Shown here one piece after another: positions 24,140 to 38,052 of a stretch of DNA of 64,000 nucleotides. Source of the stretch: Mobula birostris (taxonomy: Eukaryota). Positions within the stretch are counted from its first letter, which is position 1; the number at the start of each line of letters is the position of its first letter. The stretch spans positions 99,578,865 through 99,642,864 of the forward strand of contig NC_092377.1 in assembly GCF_030028105.1 (NCBI RefSeq). Reading direction: 5' to 3'. The notes below the pieces were generated by a model that had not been told where the DNA came from, did no database searches, and saw nothing but the letters and a program-made list of their open reading frames with translations. The position numbers and the translations under genes were made by a program.

Positions 24140-25795
24140 TTGAACAACTTTATTTCTTACATCCTTCCCATACATGAAGAATAAAAACTTTTACTGTTAC
24201 ATCTCCATCTAAATGTACAAAGTGCAATCATTGTAATTTATAATAAATAGAACAGTCAATGTAATATAGAGTACACTCAAGTCAGCATGAGTTCATCAGT
24301 CTGGTGGCCTGGTGGAAGAAGTTGTCCCGGAGCCTGTTGGTCCTGGCTTTTATGCTGTAGTACCACTTCCCGGATGATAGCAGCTGGAATAGATTGTGGT
24401 TGGGATGGCTTGGGCTCCCAATGATCCTACGGGCCCTATTTTACACACCTGTCCTTGTAAATGTCCTGAATCATGGGAAGTTCACAACTACAGATGTGCT
24501 GGGCCATCCACACCACTCTCTGCAGACTCCTGCGATTAAGGGAGGTACAGTTCCCATTACCAGGCAGTGATGCAGCCAGTCAGGATGATCTCAATTGTGC
24601 CCCTGTAGAAAGTTCTTTGGTTTTGGGGGCCCATACCAAACTTCCTCAACCGTCTAAGGTGAAAGAGGTGCTATTGTGCCTATTTTGCCACACAGCTGGT
24701 GTGTACAGACCACGTGAGGTCCTCAGTGATGTGGATGCTAAGGAACTTGAAGCTTTTTACCCTCTCAGCCCCAGATCCATTGATGTCAATATGGGCTAGC
24801 CTGTCTCCATTCCTCTTGCAATCCACAACCAGCTCCTTTGTTGCAACATTGAGGGAGAGGTTGTTTTCTTGACACCACTGTGTCAGAGAGATGACGTCCT
24901 TGTAGGCCACCTTGTTATTGTTTGAAATAAGGTCAATCAATGTAGTGTCATCAGCAAATTTAATTAACAGATTGGAGCTGTGGTACAGTCATGGGTATAC
25001 AGGGAGTAAAGGAGGGGACTCAGTCCGCTGTCCTGAGGGGCTCCTGTACTAAGAGTCAGAGGGGTGGAGGTGAGGGAGCTCAATCTTACAACCTGCTGGC
25101 GATCTGACAGGAAGCCCAGGATCCAGCTGCACAAGGCAGGGTCAAGGCTAAGGTCTCTGAGCTTCTTGTCGAGCCTGGATGGAACTGTGGTGTTGAATGC
25201 TGAACTGTAGTCCAAGAACAGCATTCTCACGTTAGCATCCTTCTTCTCCAGATGTCTAAGGACAGTATGTAGAGCAGCGGCTATTGCATCATCTATCGAT
25301 CAGTTGTGTCAGTAGGTGAATTGTAGGGGGTCCAGTGTGGGTGGTAGCAAGCTGCAGATGTAGTCCTTGACCAGCCTCTCAAAGTATTTGCTTATTATTG
25401 AGGTGAGTGTGACAGGAGGCCAGTCGTTCAGGCATTTTACCTTGGTCTTTTTTAGTACAGGGACAATGGTGGATGATTTGAAGCAGTAGGGCACTTCACA
25501 CTGGGGAGAGGGAAAGACTAAAAATGTCTGTAAACACACCTGCTAGTTGTGCTGCGCACATCCTGAGTACTCGCCCTGGGATGCCGTCCGGTCCCGCAGC
25601 CTTGTGACTGTCCAGTCATTGGAAACACCTGTGTACCGCAGCCTCAGAGATGACCAGGTTGCAGGTTGTAGCGGTGGCTTTCCTCAGAAGCTCAGAGTTA
25701 GTGACAACGAACCGAGCGTAAGAGTGATTAACCTCATCTAGGAAAGAGGCTGCGATGTTGGTAGCACCACAACATTTGGCTTTGAAGTCTGCATG
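24140..25795 (-). mobile_element. Rex1/Babar-like LINE fragment
   Basis: RMLFLDYSSAFNT..TGAPQ..LSPLLYSLYTHDC; same subfamily as 45645-51600. Confidence 0.85.
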
Positions 25796-26091
25796 GAGGA
25801 GAAGGGAGTGCTGGCAGTATCATTAGTGACGAGAGAGAAACCCAGTTCTTTGAAGAAGGAGGATATCTCTGAAATCATCAAAATAAAAGCCACATTCTGG
25901 GGACAGGTGCAGTGGAGACAAAGGAACTGAGGAAAGGGAAGAGCATTTTTACAGAAGATAGAGTGGGAAGAGATCGAGTCAAGATAACCATGTGAAGCGA
26001 TAGATTTGTAAAATATGTAGGTTCCAGTTTGTCCCCAAAGATGGAAACAGAGAGAATAAGAAAGGGGAGAGCGGTGTCAAATAAATATAGC

Positions 26092-26420
26092 TTATTTGAA
26101 CTTCTTCCCTGATGTGAAGTTGCTGGTTGGTTGATTGAGAAAATCTCTTTGCTCACTCAGAATGTAATGGTGGTCTCTACTTAGTATGAACTCATTCAAT
26201 CCACACAAGGTGGGATAACCAAATGAATACCTTCCTACACTTGAAATAAATGAAGAAACTCTTCCCAGTGTGAACTCTCTGGTCTTTCTGCACATTGGAT
26301 GCTTGGATGAATCCCTTTCCAGAGTATGTGAATGGCCTCTCCTATCTACAGCTAGGATGGCCTAGTGAATCCCTTCCAAACTGAGAGCCAATGAATAAAC
26401 CCTACTTGCTATCAACTCTC
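26092..26420 (-). pseudogene. Decayed C2H2 zinc-finger array exon
   Basis: Minus strand reads ERPFTYS-GKGFIQASNVQKDQRVHTGKSFFIYFKCRKVFIWLSHLVWIE*VHTK*RP: HTGERPF-type linkers, with Cys/His losses and stops. Confidence 0.7.
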
Positions 26421-26836
26421 TGGGAATTTACCAGCTCAGACCATGGACATGTACATATATTCAGGTTCACCTTGCTACGATTGGTGTGCTGCCTTCTCAA
26501 GGATCTCCTCCTCCATGGTCAGGAATTGGTGGCATTCAGGTGCTGGTGAACAGAGACACAGCAGAACTGACAAGCTATTGTGTTTGAGATTCCCATACAC
26601 AAATCCCTTGCTTTTTATACACTGTAAGATGTTTGTAAATGACATCAGTGGGTAAAGGACAACATTTTAGCTGAGATAATTTTAGTCTCTATGGTGACCT
26701 CTGGTATCACTATTGCAGTGAGACTCAACACAATTTGAAGGAACAACACTTTATCTTCTAACTGGACACAGTTCAGGCATCCAGACACAACATCAAATTC
26801 TTTGCCTTTCTGTCTGTATCAGACTGGATCATTTCT

Positions 26837-27321
26837 TGTCAGGACGCTGGAGAAATTGCAGACCCAGTATTGTGCACACAGGTGATATTAATTGAGTAAC
26901 AAATCCCAAGGTGCAAACAAAGTCAGCGTCAAAGTTCAGGCAGAGATCAAAACATACAGAGGAATCTAAAAACCAGAATTGGGAAACAGGCAGAGTCAAT
27001 ATTCAGACAGACAGAATATAGATATGAATGCTGGAAAGGCTCAGGAAAATTCATTGGCACAATCTGGCAACAAACAGGTGAAAACACAGGACTGAAATAC
27101 ACTGAGCATTAAACAGTGGCAGATGATAGGTGAAGCACAATGAGACACAGGTGGCAGCAATACAGGTAATAGTAAGAAACAGGTGAGGGAGGGAGTACTC
27201 AGTAACACAGGGGCCAGAGTAGAGCAGGAGCAGGGACAGGAGCACATGGCAATACAAAACCACAGACTGACAGCTAGGGGGAAACACACAAAAAGACAGA
27301 GTTCAACTGCAGGTACTGACA
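26837..27321 (-). mobile_element. Intact solo LTR-like element (485 bp)
   Basis: TGTCA...TGACA termini; perfect 5-bp TSD TTTCT; strand assigned by similarity to the 3' end of the 18713 element. Confidence 0.85.
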
Positions 27322-27674
27322 TTTCTGCCCTTCATCATCATGTGACTTGGCTCAGTCTGTCTCTCTCCATTAGTATAGCTTCACATTCTGGGTCTGTCCC
27401 ACAGACGTACTAATAGCACGTTATATTTACACAGCTGTTTCTGGAGATTTTCTGATTATTGTGACCATCCTGATATTTGGCAGTGGTAAGCTCAGAGCCA
27501 GCAATGCCATTCAACTTCAGGAGTAGGTGATTAGGCTTTCTTATTTGATGATGCCAACCTGGTGTTTTGTGTGTGGTTCAAATCAGTGGGTCAATTTCAG
27601 ACTGGAAGGAGGTAACTTTTGGAGTATCCCTGGGATTGGGTCTTACTCTTGACCTCAGTTTTTCACTGTTTTGA

Positions 27675-29075
27675 GAGCTGATGTTGAAGCAGATCAGCTC
27701 CTGTCTGAGTGGTGACTTGCATCCACTCCAATCTATGTACCGAAACAACAGGTCTACAGCAGATGCTATCTCGTTGGGTCTTCACAAAATCCTGGAGCAT
27801 CTGGACAGCAAAGATGCATACATCAGGATGCTCTTTATTGATTACAGCTCAACATTTAACACCATCAGCTCCTCAAAGCTAATCAGTAGACTGCAAGACC
27901 TGGGCTTAATACCCCTTGTGCAATTAGATCCTGGATTTCCTCATCTGTAAACCCTCGTAAGTCCAGATTGGTAAAAACACCTTCTCCACAATCTCCATCA
28001 GCACAGGAGCACAGGGATGTGTACTTACCCCCTGCTCTACTCGCTTTACACCTATTACTGTGTGGTTAAGTACAGCTCCAACACCATATACAAGTTTGCT
28101 GATGGCACCACTGTTGTGGGCTGTACCAAAAGTAGTGATGAATCAACAGGAGGGAAATTGAAGATTTGGCTGAGTGGTGTGATAACAATAATCCCTCACT
28201 CAATGTCAATACGACTAAGGAATTGATTGTAGACTTCAGGAGAGGAAAACCAGAGGTTCATGAACCAATAATTTTTGAAGCATCAGAGGTGGAGAGGTTT
28301 AGTAATTGTAAATTCCTAGGTGTCATAATATCAGAAGGACTGTCTTGGACCTATCATATAAATATAATTGTGAACCAAGCACTCTACTTCCTCAGGAGTC
28401 TGTGGAGATTCAACATGTCATCAAAAACCTTGGCAAACTTCCTGAGATGTGTGGTGGAAAGTGTGCTGACTGGCTGCATTGTGGCCTGCTGCATTAAATG
28501 CTTTTAAGTGGAAAATCCTACAAAAGGTAATGGATTTGGCCCAGTACATTATGGGTAATACCCTCTCAATGATAGAACACACCTACATGAAACGTTGCTG
28601 TAGGAAAGCAGTATCTATCATCAAAGACCCACACCACCCAGGTCATTCTGATTTCTCGCTGGTGCCATCAAGCAGAAGGTACAGGGACCTCAGGACTTGC
28701 ACCACCAGGTTCACCAACAGTTACTCCCCCTCAACCATCAGGCTCTTGAACAAAATGATATAACTACGCTCATTGAAGGACTCTTTTATCTTGTTATTTC
28801 ATTTTCATAATTTATTGCTATTTATTTATATCTGCATTTGTACAGTTTGTTGTCTCTTGATCCTGTTTACAGATACTGTTCTATAGATTTGCTAAGTATG
28901 CCCACAGAAAAAGAATCTCAGGGTTGTATGTGGTGAATCAACAGGACGGAAATTGAAAATTTGGCTGAGTGGTGTAATAACAACAACCCCTCACTCAATG
29001 TCAATAAGACTAAGGAATTGATTGTAGACTTCAGGAGAGGAAAACCAGACATCCATGAGCCAATAATTTTTCTGT
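27675..29075 (+). mobile_element. Rex1/Babar-like LINE fragment with a partial re-duplication at about 28935-29072
   Basis: HLDSKDAYIRMLFIDYSSTFNTI..KFADGTTVVG..LNVNTTKELIVDFR; 28935-29072 repeats about 28138-28275. Confidence 0.85.
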
Positions 29076-29673
29076 ATTCTCATAATGTTACTTCGACTAC
29101 TTTGACACTGATGTCTAAGTTTCATATATATAGTCTCACAGGACAATCCCACAGGAATATCCTCTCTAAGTACTATTGTGATGTTCTCCCCAGTCAAAAA
29201 CACAACTCCTGCTCCTCTCTTACCTCCTTCTCCATCCTGCCTGTGGCTCTGTACCCTGGAACATTGAGATGCCAGTCCTGCCCCTTCCTTAAACGTGTTC
29301 TGTAATGAATATCTCGGTCTCATGTACAAATCCGTGCCCTGAGTTCATCTGCCTGACTTGTCAGGCTTCTTGTGTTAGAATTATTGCACTTCACTCTATC
29401 AGACTTTCCTCACTCCTTGTCTTGCCCGTCTGTCTTATCTGCTCATCTTGCTCACTTTAAAATTTCTATTGGCCTCAACCTCCTCATCTGCCTCACTACC
29501 GCATTGTATCCCACCCCACTGCTTGACTGATTTAAACCCTCCCAAATAGTCTTAGCGCATCTCCCCACCAGGATATTGATCTCCCTCCAATTCATGTGCA
29601 ACCCATCCCTCTTGTACAGGTCACCTCTGCCCCACGAGACATCCTAATGTTTCCAGAACCTGAACCGTTCCCT

Positions 29674-31930
29674 GTTGCACCAGCTTCTGCGTCACAACGT
29701 AGATGTTGGTCAGGCCCAGCCCATAAAACAACACCCCTATCGCATGAATATAGAAAAATGTAAACTGGCTGAACAAGAAGTTGAGTATATGTTAGAAAAT
29801 GGTATTATTAGGCCTTCAACTTCAGATTGGACTCACCTTGTGTTATGGTACCTAAACCAGATGGTCGTATGTGGTTTTGCACTGACTATAGAAAGATGAA
29901 TGTTGTAACGAAAACAGATGCTTATCCCATCCCTCGGGTGGATGATTGCATAGATATAGTTGGAAAAGCTAAGTTTCTGACAAAGATCGATCTGTTCGGC
30001 GACCCAGATGAGACCCGAACCCACAATCCCCCTGTTGGTGTATTGGTGTGTTCCATTGATGGATAGAGGTAGAGAAATTTCTGCATTTGTGACACTTTCT
30101 GGGTTGTATGAATACAATGTTTTGCCGTTTGGAATGACGAGTGCTCCAGGAACGTCCCGGAGAATGAACAATTCTGTAATTCAAGGGTTAGGACACACAG
30201 ATGCCTATATTGATGATTTAGTCACAGGAAATGACATGTGGGAAGCTCATACCTCTGCAGTAGAAAAGCTGTTTGCCAAGCTTTCCAAGGCCAACCTTAC
30301 AGTTAATCTAGCTAAGAATGAATTTGGCCATGCCACTGTGACCTATCTTGGCTATGTTGTGGGTCAAGGTAAGATGGCTCCTGTTCAGGCAATATCTGAG
30401 GTTTCCATTCCAACTGGTAAAAAGGCTCTCAGTAGATTTCTGGGAACGGTCGGATATTATCGTAAGTTCTGTAAGAACTTTGCTGATATTGCTCCCCCTT
30501 TAACTAATCTCCTGAAGAAGGGTGAACAGTTTGTTTGGATAGAACCTTGTCAGGAGGCACTTGATCAATTAAAAGCCATTTTATGTCACCAACCTGTGCT
30601 CAGGGCACCTGACTTTACAAAGCCGTTCTCTATAGCTGTGGATGCCAGTGATGAAGCTGCAGGAGCAGTATTATTACAAAGGGGTGATGATGATGTTGAA
30701 CATCCTGTGGCTTGCTTCTCAAGGAAATTTAATGAGCATCAAAGAAATTATTCCACCATAGAGAAAGAGTTGTTGTCCCTCATCTTGGCTTTGCAGCATT
30801 TTGATGTTTATATCTGCCCAGCTCAGAAACCACTTGTGGTTTATACAGATCATAATCCATTAGTGTTTTTGACTAAGGTAAAGGACAAAAACAGAAGGTT
30901 GTTAAACTGGAGTCTGATTTTGCAAGAATATGATCTTATGATAACTCATATTAAAGGCAAAGATAATATAATTACTGATTGCCTTTCCGGATGTTAAGCC
31001 TGCAATGTATTGTTTATAGTGGGATAGAATCTGGTATTTGTATACGCTTCTGCAATATGTTATATGGTAATTGCAAATGTATTGTTTTATATATTGTAGT
31101 TCGCAGTTAAAATTTTGTTCATGCAGATCAAGATTTTCCTTTTTGGGGGGAAGTGTTATGAACCCACAGGTTTCATTTACTGTGGACTGTCACTTTAAGA
31201 GCACCTAAATGAGGCGGGGCTATGATATTAGTCACAGGCTGCTGCGAACTTAAACTCATACACAGAGAGCGACCTTCAGTCGAGAGAGAGAGACCGGGGA
31301 AGCCAGTAGCTTCAGCTTGCCACAGCTGGGGCTTGGCACTCTCTTATTCCCACAAGGATGGGTTAAAGATTGGCACGGGGTGCATAACAAATGTGTGACT
31401 GTCACTTCGTACAATCTATAGGAGTGGATTTTTTGGGGTATCTTGTGGGACCACTTTTGTAGCCCTTGCCTGGGTATGTTGTGTGGTAACCACTGGAAGA
31501 CGATATTCCCGTGACAGGTCACTTCCGGTGATAATTCATATGTGGATTTGGAACGACATGACGGACAAGATCTACGGCGACTGTTATCTCATTTTGCCAT
31601 CGTGCAATCTGTGGAATACTTCATACTTGCCTTTTCTCTATGTTTCACCTTGGATTACAAATATCTCTCTCCTATCATTCATCTCATGGATTACTGAACT
31701 TTCCTACTGTACCATCTCAAGACTCTAAGCCTTGTTCCCCCAAGCTCAGTGGTTTGGGAGCTATATTTCCACACATATATACACATAACACTGTTAACTT
31801 TTGTTTATCTTGGTTAAGTTACTATATTATAAGTAGTTACTCATAAAGATAGTTGTTTTAACATCAAAACCAGACTCAGTGTAAAATCTCTAGCTGCTGG
31901 TTTGATTCTAAAATGTTACAGTTTGTAACA
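29674..31930 (+). mobile_element. Ty3/Gypsy LTR retrotransposon 3' half: RT-RNase H (ORF 30008-30997), PPT and 3' LTR 31154-31930
   Basis: PIKQHPYR, CTDYRKMN..DAYPIPRVDD, PFGM, AYIDDLV, VDASD, YSTIEKELL, VYTDHNPL; polypurine tract GGGGGGAAG followed by TGTTA...TAACA. Confidence 0.92.
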
Positions 31931-32259
31931 GTCCTTACAGTATGGTATGAGCTGTTTTAACCATCAGTGCAGTTACGGTGCAGTGTTGGCTCTTACAGTA
32001 CAGTACAGCACAGGAACAGGCACTTCAGCCCACAATGTTGTGCCAGACTATTAAATTAGTAATCAAATGGACAACTAAACTAATCTCTTCTGTCTACACA
32101 ATTTTCATATCCTTTCATTTTCAATACATCCATCTAAATATCTAAACATTTCTTAAAAGTCTCTGATTTTTCTTCCTCTATCACCACCCCAGGCAGTGTT
32201 TTTCATGCCCCATCACTCTTTGTGTAATAAACTATCCCCTCACTTCTCCTTTGCAATTG

Positions 32260-33146
32260 ACACAGTATATGACCCCAACAGACTCACAGCTGAAGTGTTA
32301 CTTCACCTGGAAAGCCTGTTTGGGGCCTTAAATGATAGTGTGGGAGGAAGTGTAGGGTAGGTTTGGCACTTGTTCTGCTTGCAAGGACAAGTACCAGGAG
32401 GGACATCAGTGGGAAGGGACAAATGGGTAAGAGAATTGCATGTGGAGTGATCCTTGTGGAAAGTGGGGTGGGAAAGATGTGCCAGGTGGAGGGATCCCAT
32501 TGGAGATGGTGGAGGTTAGGGAGAATTATATACTGGATGCAGAGCCTCTGAAGGCACGAGGGTAGGTGAGGACAAGAGGAACCTGATCCTGGTGGGGTGG
32601 CAGGTGGATGGGGTGAGGGCAGTGTTGAATGTGGAGGAAGGAAAGCTCCTTTCTTTCAAGAAGGACATCTCCTTCATTCTGGAATGAAATGAAAAGCCTC
32701 ATCTTGAGTGCAGATGCGACAGAGATGAAGGAATTGAGAGTAGGGAATGGCATTTGTTTTTACAAGTGACAGGATTGGAAGAGGTATAGTCCAGGTAGCT
32801 CTGAGAATCTGTAGGTTTAGAAAAGATAATGGTAGATAAGCCATCTCCATAGATAGAGACAGAGAGATCGAGAAAGGAGAAGGAGATTTTGGAAATGGAC
32901 CAGGTAAACTTGAGGCCAGGGTAGCAGTTGGAGGCAAAGTTGAAAAGTTGATGAAGTTGATAGGCTCGGCATGGGTGCAGGAAGCAGCACCAATGCAGTC
33001 ATCGATGTAGCATCAGTAAAGCTGGGCAGTGATACCAGTGTAGCCAACAAAAAGGCAGGCATAGCTGGGACCCATGTGAGTGCCCATGGCTACACCTTCT
33101 GTTTGAAGGAGGTGGGAGAAGCCAGGAGAGAAATTATTTAGAGTCC
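32260..33146 (-). mobile_element. Degenerate PLE RT/linker fragment
   Basis: Homology to 600-1080 plus upstream PLE RT remnants (AMGTHMGPSYACLFVG, YIDD). Confidence 0.75.
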
Positions 33147-34019
33147 GATGTCAGTGGTAGGGGAGATACTGGAGAGGATTCTTTGGAATAGGATTTATGA
33201 GCATTTGAAAAATCATGGCCTAATTATGGAGAGCCAGCACGGCTTTGTGTGGGCAAGTACTGTCTTGCTTACTTGATTGAGTTTTTTGATGAGGTGATGA
33301 GGACGATTGATGAAGGTACAGTAGATCTGTTGTCTACATGGAGTTTAGTAAGGTGTTTGAAAAGGTTGCTCATGAAAAAACATCCAGAAGATAAAGATGT
33401 ATGGGATCCATGGTGAATTGGCCATTTGGATTCAGAATTGGCTTTTCCGTAGAAGATAGAGGGTAGTGATCGAAGGGACTTATTCCAGTTGGAGGTCTGT
33501 TATTACTGGTGTTCACAGGGATCTGGACTGGGACCTCTAATGTTTTATGATATATATAAATTACCTAGATGAAAATATAGATGGGCGGGTTAGTAAGTTT
33601 GTAGATGATGCAAAGATTGGTGGTGTTGTGGATAGTGTAGAAGACTGGCAAAGAATACAGTGGGATATAGATCAGTAGCAGATAATGGCAGATGGAGATT
33701 AACCCGGATAAATGTGAAGTGTTACACCTTCGTAGGTCAAATATAAAGAGACACTGCACTGTTAAAGGTAAGACCCTCAAAAGTGTCGATGAGCAGGGGG
33801 ATCTTGGGCTCCAAGTTCATAGCTCCATGAAAGTGGCTACACAGGTCAATAAGGTGGTTAAAAAGGCATATGACATGCTCAAATTTATTAGTCGAGGCAC
33901 TGAGTTCAAAGGTCAGGAAGTTATATTGCAGCTTTATAAAACTCTAGTTAGACAACATTGAGAGTATTGCATACAGTTTTGGTCACACCATTATAGGAAG
34001 GATGTCGATACTCTGGAGA
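33147..34019 (+). mobile_element. Degenerate CR1 RT fragment (paralog of 10805-11640)
   Basis: CR1 RT motifs; same junction to the H2B relic as in the left arm. Confidence 0.85.
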
Positions 34020-34246
34020 AACACCTGCATCTCCTCCAAGGCCATGAGCATCATGAACTCATTCATGAACGATATTTGTGAGTGCATCACAGGTGAGGCT
34101 TCCTGCCCGGCCCATTACAAGAAACGGTCAACCAGCAGCTCCTAGGAGATCCAAACTGCCATGTGGCTACCGCTGCTTGAGAAGCTGTCCAATCTCACCA
34201 TGTTGGAAGGGACAAAGGCAGTGACCGAGTACACCAGCTCAAAGTG
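34020..34246 (+). pseudogene. H2B: 5'-truncated histone H2B relic (paralog of 10577-10804)
   Basis: [73 protein letters not shown], with an in-frame stop. Confidence 0.88.
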
Positions 34247-34652
34247 TATTTCCACAGGATCCTGATAAAACAAACTGAAGACCCAATGGCTCTATTACAC
34301 ACACACTGTCCATGGAAGAGTTGTCTTAATATTTTGAGAATACTTTTCTACAACACTTCAATATTTCTTTTTCGGGAGATAATAGTCATCAGGATCATGT
34401 TGATGACAATTAGCTGTCCCCCTGCCCGGTGACATTCCTGTGAGCCTGCACACTGAAGTAACATGGAGCATACCCTTCTCCTGCACTGTTAGTTTGTCTT
34501 CATCTTCAAATACTTGTCCCACTGAACTCTCCATTGACAGAGGAAGACTTTGAACAGGATTTTTGTATGCTTTCTGTTTTTCATGTTCTAGTTATGAAGG
34601 GAATGCCTCTTGGTTACTTCACTATACTGTTTCCAAGGTGCCCTGAATCTAC

Positions 34653-34685
34653 TGTGACCGGGTCCTAAATTACCCCTATGAACTG

Positions 34686-34742
<57 letters not shown>

Positions 34743-35599
34743 TAACTGTTGGACTGTCACTTTAAGGAATGAGAAAGAACTGATAACTTTTGGATTTCTG
34801 CTGAGTTTTGAGAAAGCGAGCACCAAGCAGCTTGTAAGTTGCTGTGGTGACTGAGAGTGGCGTTATTTGATGGACAATCAATGTTATAGTTTCTCTGGAA
34901 GTTGCTTATACTTCCCAAGGACATTTGCCTGCTTGTACATTTCTTAGACAGACAAAGGAAGGAGGGGTTATTTGGATGATAGTTGGTACTCAGTACGGTG
35001 AGATAAATAGAAGGTCAGATGATATAGACCTCAGACACATGTTTTTGGACACTGAGTGGGCTTTGTTTTGCCCTCAGAAAAAGTGGGTTTTTGGAGGATC
35101 GATCAGGCAGAACAATCAGTCACTCCTGCAGTGCGAAAAGGGATTGACTGGTGGGGAGTTGTCCATGTGTCCACCCTTGCCTGGGTTGATAGCTCCACCA
35201 TAGAAAACCGGTCCCCTTTGTTGTGGTCACAGTTGGTGGACTTTTAAAGGATTTCAGAGGACAACGAGAAGATTGACGGAGTCAGCTCAACTGAAGACTC
35301 AAATCTCTCCCTCTCTCCATCACTACTCAACTCAACACCACGAACTGCACTGAACTTTACTCATCTTCGTAAGACTGTATCTTTTTACCCGTAGACTTGA
35401 AGAAGCTTGATTTTCATATATTTCCACACTTACTGATATACTTACTTATATATGATCATTGGTAACCTGTTTGATTTATCTACATTTATATTACTGTATT
35501 GCATAGTTACTAATAAATATTATTAGTTAATAGCAATACTGGACTCCAAAGTGTTTTCCATCTCTACTGGTTCTTTAACCCGTTACGGGGTATGTGACA
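34653..35599 (+). mobile_element. Solo LTR (947 bp)
   Basis: TG...CA termini; 4-bp TSD CTAC; empty site in the left arm at about 8290. Confidence 0.88.
34690..34739. repeat. (GA)n microsatellite
   Basis: About 25 perfect GA units. Confidence 0.97.
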
Positions 35600-35884
35600 C
35601 TACATTAGAATAAATTAACTCTCATATCGCTGTTTCTGTGCCTTCACCACAGAGTGTGAAGTGACCCTCCCATGATGTGATGTGTTTTCACAAAGAAGGA
35701 CACATTCCCAGAGGCAGTTATGGTAGAATTAATTCACATTCTCTGTGGACAATAACCAGGATTAAGTGATTGACCATGCAGGGAGTCCACGTTCACAGAG
35801 AGGTTTCTGATTGCTTTCTTTTAATCTAATGTTTAATTTTTTTTCTTTGACGGGCTTTGGTGCCAGACTGAGGCGGCTGAGTGT

Positions 35885-36250
35885 TTGAAACATAAGATTA
35901 TTAAGGGATTGGACACGCTAGAGGCAGGAAACATGTTCCCGATGTTGGGGGAGTCCAGAACCAGAGGCCACAGTTTAATAATAAGGGGTAGGCCATTTAG
36001 AACGGAGTTGAGGAAAAACTTCTTCACCCAGAGAGTTGTGGACCTGTGGAATGCTCTGCCTCAGAAGGCAGTAGAGGCCAATTCTCTGGGTGCTTTCAAG
36101 AAAGAGTTAGATAGAGCTCTTAAAGATAGCAGAGTCAAGGGATATGGGGAGAAAGCAGGAACGGGGTACTGATTGTGGATGATCAGCCATGATCACAGTG
36201 AATAGCAGTGCAGGCTCGAAGGGCCCACTCCTGCACATATTGTCTATTGA
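35885..36250 (+). mobile_element. CR1 3' end fragment
   Basis: SRTRGHSL..FRTELRKNFFTQRVVDLWNALPQ plus 3' UTR; absent from the left arm. Confidence 0.88.
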
Positions 36251-36728
36251 GTCAGTGCCCAAGAATATCAAAGCAGCAGGGCCCGGATCCAAGAGCCAGG
36301 AATGAGTATTAGGCCAGATTGAAAGTGTCAGTCTGTCAGGGTTGGAGTGAGGGAGTTATTCAGCTTGCTGCTCAGTGGGGGTTTGTTCATCCCTGTGCTG
36401 AACTGAGGCTGTGGCCTGTAACTAACAGGCTCCTGGACCAGCTTTGTGACTTTAGTTCTGAGTATTATTTACTTATTACTTTTTGCATGATTTGTTCTTT
36501 TTTGCACATTGGGTGTTTGACAATCTTTTTTCATGAGTTCTGTTGGGTTTCTTTGTTTTGTAACTGCTTCTAAGGAGATGAAAATCGAAGCTCTATATAG
36601 TACACATAGTTTGATAATAAATAAACTTTGAAGTTTCTTCAAATTTCATGTCCTTTTGGGGAGTGACAGTTATTTTTCGCGCTTCTTTTGCTGCCGTCTG
36701 ATCATTGGAGAATCAGACAGCTCTCTGA

Positions 36729-37253
<525 letters not shown>

Positions 37254-37283
37254 AGAGATAAAGCGACAATTTAAAAACCCAAA

Positions 37284-37299
37284 GGCTCTTTTCAGAGCC
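37284..37299 (+). terminator. Histone 3' stem-loop (H2A copy 2)
   Basis: GGCTCTTTTCAGAGCC. Confidence 0.95.
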
Positions 37300-38052
37300 A
37301 CTCAGATTGTCTGTGGAAGGGCTGAGCACCGACTGCGGTGAGTCCGGGGCATTTTCGTTCAAAGTGTCTGTCGTAGACAAGGGCTTAAACTCTCAATCTA
37401 AAGCGCATTTTCTCCCCCGAAAAGAAAACAGTATTTATCTGCGCACTTTACCGGGCTTTACCAATTTTACTGCGCATTTGGCCGAAAATGAAGGTCGCCC
37501 CGCTTCCTGGTTAATGCAGAGCGATGCTTGATTGGCGGTAAATCGCCTAACTTAATTTGCGAGTGTAAACGCCCAATCAGAGAGCGGCCTTGTTCACCGA
37601 AAACAGTGAAATTTGAGAAGTCCTCCAAGAGTAAAATAATTTTATAGAACAGTCCAAAAGTAAGTAACTATAGGTGTGTGCGAATAGGAGCCGTCGCATG
37701 ACCCTGGTCCATTTATACTATAAACAATGTAAATTTATTATCAAAATACTTACACCACACACAGCCTTGAATTTCATCCTGTAGGCACCCACAAAGTAAA
37801 CAATAGAATCTATGGAAAAGCTACACACAACAAAGACCGACAAACAAGAGGACAAATTGTGCAAACAAAAATAATAATATAAAACATGACCCGCAGAATC
37901 CCCGAAAATAAGTTCTCCGATGCGAGAGATATGCATATTGAATGACCGATCAGTACAAATGCTGATTCATAGAACATGACAGGTTTTTATTAAGTTATGG
38001 ACGGTTCTCAAACTGCGGTCGGGGCCGAGAATGTAATGTGAAGTTGTTTTGT

